A stretch of 64,000 nucleotides of DNA from Candidatus Palauibacter australiensis (GTDB lineage Bacteria > Gemmatimonadota > Gemmatimonadetes > Palauibacterales > Palauibacteraceae), in assembly GCA_026705295.1 (NCBI GenBank), contig JAPPBA010000039.1, positions 3,504 to 67,503 on the forward strand, given 5' to 3'. The stretch's first letter is position 1. Every line of letters begins with the position of its first letter. The notes under the pieces are model-generated. The model was not told the DNA's origin. It did not search any database and saw nothing but the letters and a program-made list of their open reading frames with translations. A program made the translations under genes and the position numbers. Shown here piece after piece: positions 1 to 12,620 of the stretch.

Positions 1-776
1 CCGAGGACCATGTCCCGGTGTTCGGCGCCCTCGACCGGCTCGAGAAGGAGGGGGAGAGCGGGGTCCGCCGCCGGCTGGCGGCAGAGGGCGTGGAGAGGGA
101 AGCGGCGACGCGGCTGCTGGCGGGGATCCGGCTGCCGCTCGAGGAACTGGCGGCGGCGCACGGGGGAGACGAAGCGATCCTGGAGGCGGCCGGCCGACTG
201 TCCACCGTGTTCGCACATCTCGGCGCCGCGGGCTTCGCCGACTTCGTGAGATTCGACGCGGGTCTCGTGCGCGGACTCGCCTACTACACGGGGACGGTGT
301 TCGAGATATGGGACCGTCGCGACGAACTGCGCGCGATCTGCGGGGGCGGACGCTATGACGACCTCCTGAAGGCGCTGGGAGGCGTGGATCTTCCGGCTCT
401 CGGCTTCGGCATGGGGGATGTCGTCCTCACGGAGTTGCTCAGGGACCGGGGACTCGTGCCCGGCGCGGCCCGCCGCGTGGACGATTACATCGTGTGCGTT
501 TCCGATGCGGAGCGCCCGCTGGCGCTGGGTCTGGCCCGCTCCCTGCGCGACCGGGGACGGCGGGTGCTCTACGACCTCCGGCCGCGCGGGGTCGGACGCC
601 AGTTCAAGGCCGCCCACCAGGCGGGCGCCGGCCGCGCCATCGTGCTCGGGCCGCGCGAGGTGGAGCGGGGTGTCGCGGTGCTCCGCGACATGGCATCCGG
701 CGAGGAGCGGGAAGTCGCGATCGAGACCCTGGCCCAGCCATCCGCCAGCGAAGCGAGAGGAGGGGAGGTGCCGTGA
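1..776 (+). CDS. hisS: Histidyl-tRNA synthetase, C-terminal part (5' end outside the window)
   Basis: ORF 18..776 stays open to the window edge. It has class II HisRS features: '[11 protein letters not shown]', 'LPALGFGMG', then an anticodon-binding-domain-like 'DYIVCV...RVLYDL...[20 protein letters not shown]'. Confidence 0.9.
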   Translation, partial: EDHVPVFGALDRLEKEGESGVRRRLAAEGVEREAATRLLAGIRLPLEELAAAHGGDEAILEAAGRLSTVFAHLGAAGFADFVRFDAGLVRGLAYYTGTVFEIWDRRDELRAICGGGRYDDLLKALGGVDLPALGFGMGDVVLTELLRDRGLVPGAARRVDDYIVCVSDAERPLALGLARSLRDRGRRVLYDLRPRGVGRQFKAAHQAGAGRAIVLGPREVERGVAVLRDMASGEEREVAIETLAQPSASEARGGEVP

Positions 777-2308
777 GTCGCGTGCTCATCCTCGATTTCG
801 GGTCGCAGTTCACCCAGCTCATCGCGCGCCGCATTCGCGAGGAGGGCGTGTACTGCGAGGTGCACCCGCCGACGCGGAGCCCCGCGTGGGTCCGCCGCTA
901 CGATCCCGCGGCCATCGTCCTCTCCGGGGGACCGGCGAGCGTCTACGACGAGGGGGTCCCCAAGGCCCAACCCGAGACCCTCGCGATGGGCGTCCCGATT
1001 CTCGGGATCTGCTACGGCATGCAGCTCGTCGCGGATCTCATCGGCGGCGAGGTGCAACAGGCCGAGCGCCGCGAGTATGGGCGGGCCGAGCTCACGGTTC
1101 GGTCGGCGGACCCTCTCTTTCACGGGTTCGCCGATGGCGAGCCCACCCAGGTCTGGATGAGCCACGGCGACTCCCTCCACGCGCTGCCCCCGGGCTTCGA
1201 GGTCTCGGCGACCACCGAGAACTCCATCGCCGCGATCCGGTCCGAGGAACGGCGGATCTGGGGCGTTCAGTTCCACCCGGAGGTTGCCCACACGACGCGC
1301 GGCGGGGAGATGCTGCGGAACTTCCTGTTCGAGATCGCCGGCTGCGAGATGAGCTGGAACGCCGCGAACATCATCGATCACCAGCTCGCGGCGGTTCGCG
1401 AGACCGTGGGAGATGGACACGTGATCTGCGGCCTCTCCGGCGGCGTGGACAGCTCCGTGGCCGCGACGCTCGTACAGCGGGCGGTGGGAGACCGGCTCAC
1501 CTGCATCTTCGTCGACACGGGCCTCCTGCGGAAAGGCGAACGCGACGCCGTGGAGACCGTGTTCGGCGAACACATGGGGATGCGGCTCGAGGTCGTCGAC
1601 GCGGCCGATCTCTTCCTCGACCGCCTCGCGGGCGTCGAGGAACCCGAGGAGAAGCGGGTCATCATCGGCCACGCCTTCATCGACGTGTTCGAGGAGGCGG
1701 CAGGCCGGCACGGCGACGCGCGTTTCCTGGTGCAAGGAACGCTTTATCCCGATGTGATCGAGTCCGTCTCCGTGTGGGGACCGTCGGTCAAGATCAAATC
1801 CCATCACAACGTGGGCGGACTCCGCCCGGACCACCCGTTCGAACTCATCGAGCCTCTTCGCGAGCTCTTCAAGGACGAGGTGCGCGCCGTGGGTCGCGAA
1901 CTCGGCCTGTCGGAGGAGATCGTGGGCCGCCACCCCTTTCCGGGGCCGGGCCTGGGGATTCGGATCCTGGGCGACGTGACGCGGGAGAAACTCGCCACGC
2001 TGCGTGAAGTGGACGCGATCTACCTCGAGGGCATTCGCGACGGGGGGCTGTACGACGAGATATGGCAAGCGTTCGCGATCCTGCTGCCCGTGCAGTCGGT
2101 CGGCGTCATGGGGGATGCGCGCACGTACGAGAACGTTGTCGCGCTGCGCGCCGTGACCTCGCTGGATGGGATGACGGCCGACTGGTTCCAGTTCCCCCAC
2201 GACGTGCTGGGCCGGATCTCGAATCGCATCATCAACGAGGTGAAGGGGGTGAACCGGGTGACCTACGATGTGTCTTCGAAGCCCCCCGCGACGATCGAGT
2301 GGGAGTAG
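773..2308 (+). CDS. guaA: GMP synthase (glutamine-hydrolysing)
   Basis: GTG at 773 overlaps the hisS stop (GTGA) and follows purine-rich 'gagaggaggggagg'. Motifs: GATase '[19 protein letters not shown]' and 'GICYGMQL'; ATP-PPase P-loop '[10 protein letters not shown]'; canonical C-terminus '[10 protein letters not shown]'. Confidence 0.95.
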   Translation: MSRVLILDFGSQFTQLIARRIREEGVYCEVHPPTRSPAWVRRYDPAAIVLSGGPASVYDEGVPKAQPETLAMGVPILGICYGMQLVADLIGGEVQQAERREYGRAELTVRSADPLFHGFADGEPTQVWMSHGDSLHALPPGFEVSATTENSIAAIRSEERRIWGVQFHPEVAHTTRGGEMLRNFLFEIAGCEMSWNAANIIDHQLAAVRETVGDGHVICGLSGGVDSSVAATLVQRAVGDRLTCIFVDTGLLRKGERDAVETVFGEHMGMRLEVVDAADLFLDRLAGVEEPEEKRVIIGHAFIDVFEEAAGRHGDARFLVQGTLYPDVIESVSVWGPSVKIKSHHNVGGLRPDHPFELIEPLRELFKDEVRAVGRELGLSEEIVGRHPFPGPGLGIRILGDVTREKLATLREVDAIYLEGIRDGGLYDEIWQAFAILLPVQSVGVMGDARTYENVVALRAVTSLDGMTADWFQFPHDVLGRISNRIINEVKGVNRVTYDVSSKPPATIEWE

Positions 2309-2313
2309 CTTCC

Positions 2314-3114
2314 GTGGCGGGATCTCGCGGCGGAAGCGGCGACAGGCCGGGGAAACGCGCCGGGTGCCGCGAGATCGCGGCGTGGGCGGACGATTTCCTG
2401 CGCGTCGCCGAAGTGGAGGATTACCCGTTCGCGCTCAACGGGCTGCAGGTCGACGGATGCCGTCCCGTGGCCCGCATCGGCGCCGCCACCGACGCCTGTC
2501 TGGCCACCATCGATCTCGCGACCGAGGCCGGGTGCGATCTCCTGCTCGTCCACCACGGACTGTTCTGGGGTGGGGTGCGCCCTCTCGTCGGACCATCGTA
2601 CGAGCGGTTTCGCCGGCTGTTCGCGAGCGGCATGGGCGTGTACTCGGCGCACCTTCCGCTCGACGCGCACCCCGGGATCGGAAACAACGTCCTCCTCGCC
2701 GCCGAACTCGGTCTGCGGGAAAGCGAGCCTTTCGGGTCCTTCAGGGGGAATGATGGGATCGGCGTCATCGGCGCGCTCGACGCGTCTCGCGGCGAACTTG
2801 CGGACCGGGCCGAAGCCGTGTGCGGACGGGCCCCCATCGTGATCGCCGGGGGCCCGGAACGCGTGTCGCGGCTCGCCATCGTCACGGGAGGCGCGGGTTC
2901 GATGATCGAAGCCGCCGCCATGGCGGGAGCCGACACCTTCCTCACGGGAGAGGGGAACCACCATACGTACCACGAGGCGATGGAACTGGGGATCAACGTG
3001 ATCTATGCCGGCCACTACGGAACGGAGACGCTGGGCGTCCGGGCTCTGGCGAAGCTCGCGGCGGAACATTTCGGAGCGGTGCACACGTTCTTCGACGTCC
3101 CCACCGGTCTCTAG
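2314..3114 (+). CDS. Nif3/YbgI-family dinuclear metal-centre protein
   Basis: Family motifs 'CDLLLVHHGLFW', 'VYSAHLPLDAHPGIGNN', 'FLTGEGNHHTYHEA'. The start (GTG 2314, first in-frame start after the guaA stop) is uncertain. Confidence 0.8.
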   Translation: MAGSRGGSGDRPGKRAGCREIAAWADDFLRVAEVEDYPFALNGLQVDGCRPVARIGAATDACLATIDLATEAGCDLLLVHHGLFWGGVRPLVGPSYERFRRLFASGMGVYSAHLPLDAHPGIGNNVLLAAELGLRESEPFGSFRGNDGIGVIGALDASRGELADRAEAVCGRAPIVIAGGPERVSRLAIVTGGAGSMIEAAAMAGADTFLTGEGNHHTYHEAMELGINVIYAGHYGTETLGVRALAKLAAEHFGAVHTFFDVPTGL

Positions 3115-3147
3115 TCCGGCCGGCACGTCCCGGCCCTCCGAAGGACG

Positions 3148-4071
3148 CTAGAAGACCGAGACCTTGAGGTCCGTCAGGTAGCGATCCGGCCGTTCGCGGA
3201 TGTCCCGCAGGAGGAGGGCGAGTTCCTCGCCCGAGGCGCGCAGCGTCCCCAATGTCTCCAGCAGTTCGTCGTGGACCGCATCTTCGCGCAGGAGTTTGCC
3301 GAGCGTTCCCTCTCCGCCTTCCAACGCCCGCGTGATCTCGGCGAGGGACCGGCCGGCGGCCGAGAAATCCGTGCTGGCGGCGGCGAGTCGCGTCGAGAGC
3401 GTGTCGAGGTTGGCCAGCGTGCGATCGACCTCCTCGGACCCGGTCATCCCCGCGAGCCGGTTCGACAGGGTGTCCATGTTGGCAAGCAGGCCTCCGATCG
3501 ACGCGCGCTCCGTCTCGAGGATCCCGGCGAGTTCCCGCATCGCGAGCGTGAACGCCTCGGACCCGGTGGCGACATTCTCGGCCAGGCCGCCGCCGAGCAG
3601 CGATTCCAGCTCGCCGATCAGCGAGCCCACCTCGTCCCCGAGGGTCGAAGCCAGCGATGTGAGGTCGGATCGGCGGTCGAGCGAGAGCGTATCGCCCTCC
3701 GCCAGCGTCCGGGCACTCGTCCCCGGCGTGAGTTCGACGAGTTGCTGGCCCAGGAATCCATCCGGCTGGATCGTGCCCCGCGTGTCCACCGGCAGTCGGA
3801 CGCGCGTGGAGAGCGTCATCGTGAGGACGACGCGCTCCGCTTCGAGCGCGACTTCGTCTACGGTGCCGACCTCCACCCCGCGCAGCAGGACGGGCGACGC
3901 GGTGGCGATCCGGTTCGCGTTCCCGGCGATCCCCCACACGCGGATGGTGGGGCCTCGGAACGGCGAACCCGATATCCAGAACAGACCCGCGACGATGACG
4001 GCCGCTGCCAGGAGGACGAATGCGCCGACCCGGACCTCGGCGCCGTGGTCGCGCAGCCCCGGATCCCTCAC
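3148..4071 (-). CDS. mlaD: MCE/MlaD-family lipid-transport substrate-binding protein with long C-terminal helical extension
   Basis: N-terminal TM helix 'VGAFVLLAAAVIVAGLFWI', then an MCE domain ('ASPVLLRGVEVGTVDEV...RVRLPVDTRGTIQPDGFLGQQLVELTPG'). The C-terminal half has repetitive L/T/S-rich helical segments. GTG 4071 overlaps the mlaF stop (GTGA). Confidence 0.85.
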   Translation of the reverse strand: MRDPGLRDHGAEVRVGAFVLLAAAVIVAGLFWISGSPFRGPTIRVWGIAGNANRIATASPVLLRGVEVGTVDEVALEAERVVLTMTLSTRVRLPVDTRGTIQPDGFLGQQLVELTPGTSARTLAEGDTLSLDRRSDLTSLASTLGDEVGSLIGELESLLGGGLAENVATGSEAFTLAMRELAGILETERASIGGLLANMDTLSNRLAGMTGSEEVDRTLANLDTLSTRLAAASTDFSAAGRSLAEITRALEGGEGTLGKLLREDAVHDELLETLGTLRASGEELALLLRDIRERPDRYLTDLKVSVF

Positions 4072-4814
4072 GCGGGGCCTCGTGCGGGCGCCGCGTCTAG
4101 AAACTCGCGCACCGCCCGGTTGTCCGTCTCGCGCAGTTGCTGCGGCGTCCCCTCCGCCGCGACGACCCCGTCCGAGAGCAGGGCGATCCGGTCGGCCAGG
4201 AAAAAGGCGGACTCCACGTCGTGGGTCACGACGATGCTCGTCGCATCGACTTCCTCGCTCACGCGCGCGATCAGGCGGTTGATCCGGGTCGCGTTGACGG
4301 GATCCAGCCCCGTCGTGGGCTCGTCGTACAGGACGTAGCGGCGCTTGCCGATAATGGCGCGCGCGATGGCGACCCGCCGCTGCATGCCTCCGGAGAGTTC
4401 GGCCGGCAGGAGCGTCAGCACCTCCGGCTCGAGGTTCACGTGATCGAGCGCCGCCCGGACCAGTTCCTCGCACTTGGCCGCGCGGCCACGGCAGAAACCG
4501 GGTGGGAGTCCCATCAGCAGGTTCCCGCGTACGGTCATGGAATCGAAGAGGGCGGAATTCTGGAACACGTAGGCGGTCCTGGTGCGAACGGCGGCCATCT
4601 CGGCCCGGTCGGCCGAAGGTACCGAGATCCCATCGACGAGGATGTCTCCGGCGTCCGGATCGAAGAGGCCGACGATGTGTTTGAGGAGGACGCTCTTACC
4701 TGTCCCTGACGGCCCCATGATGGCGAGGGTTTCGCCTTCCCGCACGTCGAGGTCGACGCCGCTCAGGACCGGACGTCCCCCCAGCCACTTGTGCACGCCG
4801 ATGATCCTGATCAC
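4068..4814 (-). CDS. mlaF: ABC transporter ATP-binding protein, MlaF-like
   Basis: Walker A 'GPSGTGKS', ABC signature 'LSGGMQRRVAIARA', Walker B 'VLYDEPTTGLD'. The GTG start overlaps the mlaE stop. Confidence 0.9.
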   Translation of the reverse strand: MIRIIGVHKWLGGRPVLSGVDLDVREGETLAIMGPSGTGKSVLLKHIVGLFDPDAGDILVDGISVPSADRAEMAAVRTRTAYVFQNSALFDSMTVRGNLLMGLPPGFCRGRAAKCEELVRAALDHVNLEPEVLTLLPAELSGGMQRRVAIARAIIGKRRYVLYDEPTTGLDPVNATRINRLIARVSEEVDATSIVVTHDVESAFFLADRIALLSDGVVAAEGTPQQLRETDNRAVREFLDAAPARGPA

Positions 4815-5596
4815 GTGAGCGTCTTGTACACGGGCCCGAGTACCGTGTCGAGGACCATGATCGAGACGATGATCGCGACGACCGCCCTCGTCGCCGTCCG
4901 GCCGACGCCCGCCGCTCCGCCGCTCGCCCGAAGCCCCACGTGGCTCGAGATGAAGGTGATGGCGAAGCCGTACGCGACCGCCTTCACGAGGGAGAAGATC
5001 AGCGCGCCATGGTGATAGTACCCCTTGGCTCCATCCACGTATTCGGCCGTGCTCAACCCGAGGATGCCGACCGATGTCACGTAGCCGCTGAAGATCCCCA
5101 TCGCGTTGGCGAGCATGACGAGCGGGATCAGAATGATGGTCCCCGCCACGACGCGCGGGACCACGAGTTCCACCACGGGGTCCCGGCCCATCGTCAGAAG
5201 CGCGTCGATCTGATTCGTCACCTTCATCGTGCCGAGTTCGGCCCCGATGGCCGCCCCGACCCGCCCCGCGAGGACGACCGCGGTCAGTACGGGTCCGAGT
5301 TCCGTCAGCATGCCGCCCACCACGCCGCCCGCGACGATCTCCCTCGGCAGTCCCTGGGAGAGCTGGTACATCGTCTGCTGGGCCATGACTGCGCCCGAGA
5401 GGGCACCCATCAGCAGTACGAGCGGGAGGCTGTCGAGACCGATGAACTTCGCGTGTTGGACCGTCTCCAGCGCATACCGGCGCGGGTGGGCGAGCGCGCG
5501 GAGCGTTGCGATGCCGAGCAGGCCCGCCCTTCCCGCGTGGAGTGCCGCGGCGCGGGCGGACCGGCCCGGGGCGGCGAGGAGGTTCGGCGCCTTCAA
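4811..5596 (-). CDS. mlaE: ABC transporter permease, MlaE-like
   Basis: Polytopic membrane protein with MlaE-type segments 'QTMYQLSQGLPREIVAGGVVGGMLTELGPVLTAVVLAGRVGAAIGAELGTMKVTNQIDAL'. I chose TTG 5596, which overlaps the upstream stop (TTGA). The ORF is open up to 5692, so the start is uncertain. Confidence 0.8.
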   Translation of the reverse strand: MKAPNLLAAPGRSARAAALHAGRAGLLGIATLRALAHPRRYALETVQHAKFIGLDSLPLVLLMGALSGAVMAQQTMYQLSQGLPREIVAGGVVGGMLTELGPVLTAVVLAGRVGAAIGAELGTMKVTNQIDALLTMGRDPVVELVVPRVVAGTIILIPLVMLANAMGIFSGYVTSVGILGLSTAEYVDGAKGYYHHGALIFSLVKAVAYGFAITFISSHVGLRASGGAAGVGRTATRAVVAIIVSIMVLDTVLGPVYKTLT

Positions 5597-5967
5597 CGGC
5601 TCTCGCGCCTCTCCGCGTCCGGCATCTCCAGTTGCGATTCCGGTCGCGGGACCCCGTCGAGCACCTCCACCTCCAGTCGAATCGCCTCCCACAGCCGGTG
5701 CATGCGTCCGGGGTCGTCTCCGAGCCGGGTGACGAAATCCTCGAGTTGCTGTCCGGTCACGCCATGCTCATCGAGCGCCGCTGCCCGTACCGAGTCGCCC
5801 TCCGCCGTATCCGCGTACTTTGCCCGCGCCCAGGTGAGCCTGGCCATGACCTGAACGTACGTGTCGTCGTCCAGGCCGCCGCCGGAGCCGCCGCAGCCGA
5901 GGGCCGCGAGGCCCGCGACGAGCAGGATCGGCTTCACGACGCCGCCGCCGCGGTACGGGCGCTTCAT
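5593..5967 (-). CDS. Small lipoprotein, unknown function
   Basis: ATG at 5967 overlaps the OPT stop (ATGA). Lipobox signal peptide 'VKPILLVAGLAALGC'. High GC3. No motif I recognise. Confidence 0.6.
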   Translation of the reverse strand: MKRPYRGGGVVKPILLVAGLAALGCGGSGGGLDDDTYVQVMARLTWARAKYADTAEGDSVRAAALDEHGVTGQQLEDFVTRLGDDPGRMHRLWEAIRLEVEVLDGVPRPESQLEMPDAERRESR

Positions 5968-8027
5968 TCGGAAGCCCGAAGCGAGGCGCGGTAGAGCCAG
6001 AAGACGAATCCGGCGACGACCGCGGCGCCGATCCAGCGTGCGATCGGATCGAAGCCTTCGGGCACGAGGCTCAGCACATCCGTGCCGCGCTCCGAGATCG
6101 CGAACGGGATCGCGAGGAAGATTCCGACGAGCGCCTCTCCCGTGATGAGCCCGGAGGAGAAGAGAAGCCCGCGATGGTTCGCCTGCCGGACGGCGCCCTC
6201 GCCGCCTCCGCCTCGCCGCACGGCCCGGCCCACCAGCCACGCCACGATCCCGCCCACGAAGATCGGGACTTCGAGTTCGATGGGCAGGTAGATCCCGACC
6301 GCGACGGCGAGGACCGGCACCCGCAGGCTGGAGCCGCGCGCCTTGAGAGTCTGGTCCAGGGCGATCACGCCCGCCGCGATGAGCGCCCCGATCCCGATCA
6401 TCCCCCACGGGAGATTGCGCGAAAAGACGCCATCGGCGACGGAAGCCATGAGGGTCGCCTGCGGCGCCTGCAGCATCTCGTCCGGGTCCATCCCCTCGCG
6501 CGGCAGGACGCCGCCGAGCCCGTACGCCTCGAACAGGAGGCCGAGGATCGGCGCGATGACGAGCGCGGCGGCCGTGACGCCGATGAGCTGCATGATCTGC
6601 TGTTGCCGCGGCGTGGCGCCGACGATCCGCCCCGCCTTCAGGTCCTGCATGTTGTCCCCCGCGATCGCCGCGGCGCAGGCGACGACGGCCCCCACGAGGA
6701 TGGCGGTCGCCGCCGCCGAGAGCGCCTGGGGCGCCGAGACGGTGAAGTCGACCTGCATTCCCAGCAGGAGGTAGAGGATGAGGGAGATCGTGAGGATCGT
6801 CGCAATCGTCACACCCGAGATCGGGTTGTTCGAGGAGCCCACGAGACCCGCCATGTAGCCCGCGACGGAAGCGAAAAGGAACCCCGCCAGGAGGGCGAAG
6901 GCCGTCCCCAGCGCGAGCACGAGCCAGTAGAGTCCGGGCGTGATGGAGAGCGAGCCGCGGTCGATGACGAGCACGAACACCGCGAGGATCGGCACCGCGA
7001 GCGCCACCGCCCCGACCGCGACGAAGTTGATCGGCATGTCCCGCTCGGTGCGGAGGATCTCCGGACCGCCGTCGGCCGCGCGCGCCGCGCGCAGTGCCGC
7101 GATGGAGGAGCGCACGCCATCCCGCACGTGGCCCAGGAGCGAGACGAGGGCCCACACCCCGCCCACGACCATTGCGCCGACGCCCATGAAGCGAATCTGC
7201 GCGCTCCAGATCGCGAGGGCCGCATCGTACCCGCTCGCATCCCCCGTGATGCCGGCCACGACCTGCGGGTCGGTGACCGCCATGTAGATGGGGATCCCCA
7301 CGAGCCAGGAGATCGCGCCGCCCGCGAGCACGAGGCTGCCGACGCGGGGTCCGACGATGTATCCGACGCCGAGCAGGGCGGGGGAGAGGTCGCTTCCGAT
7401 CCCGAACACGGAACGGCCCACTGTGACGCCGTGTTCTATCGAGGAGCCGGCGATCTTGAGCCCCGTCTGGGACAGCTTGAGCAGGGCGGCCGCTACGCCC
7501 CCGAGCGCGATCAGCTTCGCGCCGGAGCCGCCGCTTGCCCCGGCCTTCAGGACCTCCGCCGTCGCGACGCCCTCCGGGAAACGCAGGTCCGCCTCGACGA
7601 TGAGGGCGCGCCGGAGCGGTATGGTGAAGAGGACGCCGAGAATCCCGCCGCAGAGCGCGATCCCCATCGTGGGCAGGAAGGGGAACCCGGCCCAGTGGCG
7701 GAGGAGGATGAGGGCGGGCAGGGTGAAGATCACGCCGGCTGCCAGCGACTCGCCCGCGGATGCGGCCGTCTGGACGATGTTGTTCTCGAGGATATTGTGC
7801 TCGCGGAACATCCTGAGGATCGCCATGGAGATCACGGCGGCCGGGATCGACGCGGACACGGTGAGGCCCACCTTCAGGCCCAGATAGGCGTTTGCCCCCG
7901 AGAGGACGGCGGAGAGGAGGATGCCGAGGACGATCGCCTTGCCGGTGATCTCGGGCAGCGATTGCGACGCGGGAATGTACGGCCTGTGCGTGCGCGATTC
8001 CGGTGCGCCGACAGATGGGTCCGACAT
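5964..8027 (-). CDS. OPT-superfamily oligopeptide transporter
   Basis: About 690-aa polytopic protein. The N-terminal region 'PEITGKAIVLGILLSAVLSGANAYLGLKVGLTVSASIPAAVISMAILR...NILENNIVQTAASAGESLAAGVIFTLPAL' is typical of bacterial OPT transporters. Starts are possible at ATG 8033 or 8027. I prefer 8027 because 'ggaggg' lies 6 nt upstream. Confidence 0.85.
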   Translation of the reverse strand: MSDPSVGAPESRTHRPYIPASQSLPEITGKAIVLGILLSAVLSGANAYLGLKVGLTVSASIPAAVISMAILRMFREHNILENNIVQTAASAGESLAAGVIFTLPALILLRHWAGFPFLPTMGIALCGGILGVLFTIPLRRALIVEADLRFPEGVATAEVLKAGASGGSGAKLIALGGVAAALLKLSQTGLKIAGSSIEHGVTVGRSVFGIGSDLSPALLGVGYIVGPRVGSLVLAGGAISWLVGIPIYMAVTDPQVVAGITGDASGYDAALAIWSAQIRFMGVGAMVVGGVWALVSLLGHVRDGVRSSIAALRAARAADGGPEILRTERDMPINFVAVGAVALAVPILAVFVLVIDRGSLSITPGLYWLVLALGTAFALLAGFLFASVAGYMAGLVGSSNNPISGVTIATILTISLILYLLLGMQVDFTVSAPQALSAAATAILVGAVVACAAAIAGDNMQDLKAGRIVGATPRQQQIMQLIGVTAAALVIAPILGLLFEAYGLGGVLPREGMDPDEMLQAPQATLMASVADGVFSRNLPWGMIGIGALIAAGVIALDQTLKARGSSLRVPVLAVAVGIYLPIELEVPIFVGGIVAWLVGRAVRRGGGGEGAVRQANHRGLLFSSGLITGEALVGIFLAIPFAISERGTDVLSLVPEGFDPIARWIGAAVVAGFVFWLYRASLRASE

Positions 8028-8355
8028 GGGCATCCCTCCAGATTGTCCCGGGACGGAAACGGGAGACGATCGAATCCTCATGGGACGGAATCGACCGACG
8101 GAACGCTAGTTACGGGTCCGGCAGGGGTCAACACGGGGAGCTCCTGCCGAAGTGGCACCAGGCGGCGCCCCGGACGGGGCGGTTCGCCGCCTGATCGGCG
8201 GTCATCCCGCCGTTCCGGCGGACTGGGGCCTCGAACCCGGCGGCCGGGAGGGCACGGGGATTGCTCATGAAACGGGGAAGCCGCAATCCAATGGCCGCGG
8301 TTCCACGCGAAGACCCACGGAAGGACGCCAAGGACTCCGAGGCAGCGAACAGAAG

Positions 8356-10976
<2,621 letters not shown>

Positions 10977-10980
<4 letters not shown>

Positions 10981-11450
10981 GGACGAGTCATCGGGCAGGC
11001 CAGGCGGTCCGCATCGCGGTCATGGTCATGGCCGCGGCGGGTTTCGCGCTTGCCGGCTGTGCGTCGCGCGGCGGCGCCGGGGCGGAATACGGCACGGATC
11101 TGTATGGCGCGGAGTCCGCGGAGGCGGCGATAGGGCGGTTTCTCGATGCGGCGAGACTGCGCGACTACGCGGCCATGGCCCGGCTGTTCGGGACGGACGA
11201 CGGCCCGGCGGAACATCGCTGGGGTCGGGTCGAGACGGAGCAGAGGATGTTCGTGCTTGCGGGCCTGCTCGCGCCGAGCGGCTACGAAGTCCGCCCGAAT
11301 CCCGTCTCCGGGGCCGGCGGCGCCTCCCGCTGGATGGTCGACCTGACGGGGACGCGAAACGGGGCTGTGAGCGTCCCGTTCTTCATCGTTTCGAATGGGA
11401 GCCGCTGGTTCGTGGAGCGCGTCGGGACGGAGGGACTCCGGACTCCGTGA
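10977..11450 (+). CDS. Lipoprotein, unknown function
   Basis: ATG overlaps the clpB stop (ATGA). Signal peptide plus lipobox 'VMVMAAAGFALAGC'. No recognisable motif. Its 3' end overlaps the convergent glycosyltransferase gene by 68 nt. Confidence 0.6.
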
Positions 11451-12189
11451 TCCCGGCGGGGCGTTCGTGATAGCGGCGGAGTCGCCGCGGGTCGACGCCT
11501 GCGAAGAAGGCTGCCCGCAGCGCCCAGTGCCTGACGACCGTGCGAAGGAAGCCGGCTTCCCAGCGCCGGCTCGAGGTACGCGCCGCGAGGGGGAGGAGGC
11601 GAAAGCGGGCGACTCGCCGAACGGCCCGGACGAAGGTCACGTCCTCGAAGAGAGGAAGATCCCCGAAGCCCCCGCAGGCCTCGTAGGCGTCGCGCGTCGC
11701 GAAGAGGGCCTGGTCGCCCGTCGCGGTGTGGAGCCGGCGGGTACGCCAGTTCACGCCCCATTCGAGCAGGCGATAGCGCCAGCCGTGCGCGTGCGGGTCG
11801 AGGGCGAAGCGGAAACAGCCCGCCTCCGCGCCGGCTCGAACGGCGGCGCGGATAGCCGTCGCGGCGCCGTCGGGAAGCCAGGTGTCCGCGTGCAGGAAGA
11901 CGAGAATCTCTCCGGACGCGGCCCGGGCCCCGGCGGCGAGCTGCGCACCGCGATTCGGGCGGGTCGCCAGGACGCGGCCATGGTCCGCCGCGATCCCCGC
12001 CGTACGATCCCGGCTGCCTCCGTCGACCACGATGACTTCCGCCTCCGGGCCGAGAGCGGACTTTGCGCGCCGGAGCGTCTCATCGAGGTGCGGTTCCTCA
12101 TCGAGCGTCGGCACGATGACGGAGAACTCCGGTCCGGGGCGTGCCGGTCGCCGTGGCGATCCGGCGAGGGATTCCGGCTCCCGTGTCAC
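11383..12189 (-). CDS. Family 2 glycosyltransferase
   Basis: GT-A fold signature 'FSVIVPTLDEE...EVIVVDGGSRDRT...GEILVFLHADTWLP'. GTG 12189 overlaps the epimerase stop (GTGA). Confidence 0.8.
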   Translation of the reverse strand: MTREPESLAGSPRRPARPGPEFSVIVPTLDEEPHLDETLRRAKSALGPEAEVIVVDGGSRDRTAGIAADHGRVLATRPNRGAQLAAGARAASGEILVFLHADTWLPDGAATAIRAAVRAGAEAGCFRFALDPHAHGWRYRLLEWGVNWRTRRLHTATGDQALFATRDAYEACGGFGDLPLFEDVTFVRAVRRVARFRLLPLAARTSSRRWEAGFLRTVVRHWALRAAFFAGVDPRRLRRYHERPAGITESGVPPSRRAPRTSGSHSKR

Positions 12190-12620
12190 CTGCGCTCGGG
12201 ATCCTCCCGCATCTCCAGGAGAACTCCCTTCAGCGCGCGCGGATGCAGAAAAGCGATGCGGGCGCCGCCGGCGCCGCGGCGGATCCGGGGCGGTATGGCT
12301 TCCGCACCGGCCGCTTCGGCTGCCGCGAGGGCGTCCTCGAGATCGCCGACGCGGACGCAGACGTGGTGAATGCCGGGACCGCGTCGGTCGAGGAAGCGGG
12401 CGATGGGCGACTCCGGGGTCAGGGGGGCGAGCAGTTCGATCCGCCCGGAGCCTTCGCCGAAGAAGGTGGCGCGAATGCCCTCCGAGGGAACGGTTTCCTC
12501 GCCGGACGGCGGTCGGTCGAGGATGGCGGACCACTGCCGGACGGCGTCCGGCAGCGAGTTGACCGCGATTCCCACGTGGTCGATTATGGGCGCGCCCGGA
12601 ATACGGTTGCCTTGGTTCAC
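12186..12620 (-). CDS. mce: Methylmalonyl-CoA epimerase (VOC/glyoxalase fold)
   Basis: 'IDHVGIAVNSL...', 'IELLAPLTPESPIARFLDRRGPGIHHVCVRV', 'IAFLHPRALKGVLLEM' match the epimerase family. GTG start at 12620. Confidence 0.8.
   Translation of the reverse strand: MNQGNRIPGAPIIDHVGIAVNSLPDAVRQWSAILDRPPSGEETVPSEGIRATFFGEGSGRIELLAPLTPESPIARFLDRRGPGIHHVCVRVGDLEDALAAAEAAGAEAIPPRIRRGAGGARIAFLHPRALKGVLLEMREDPERR

Noticed and set aside
418-2200. Alternative-frame ORFs overlapping guaA (418..2007 +, 569..2200 -).
   Set aside because: guaA motifs occur only in the 773..2308 frame. The other frames give R/P/G-rich nonsense.
11383-11450. The 68-nt convergent overlap between the lipoprotein gene (ends 11450) and the glycosyltransferase gene (ends 11383), as a sign of a frameshift or pseudogene.
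   Set aside because: Both ORFs are intact and full-length relative to their recognisable domains. The GT tail beyond about 11500 is low-complexity, so its true stop may simply be non-conserved. There is no evidence of disruption.
11395-12369. A 324-aa plus-strand ORF across the glycosyltransferase/epimerase region.
   Set aside because: The GT-A and epimerase motifs are on the minus strand. The plus-strand translation is low-complexity.
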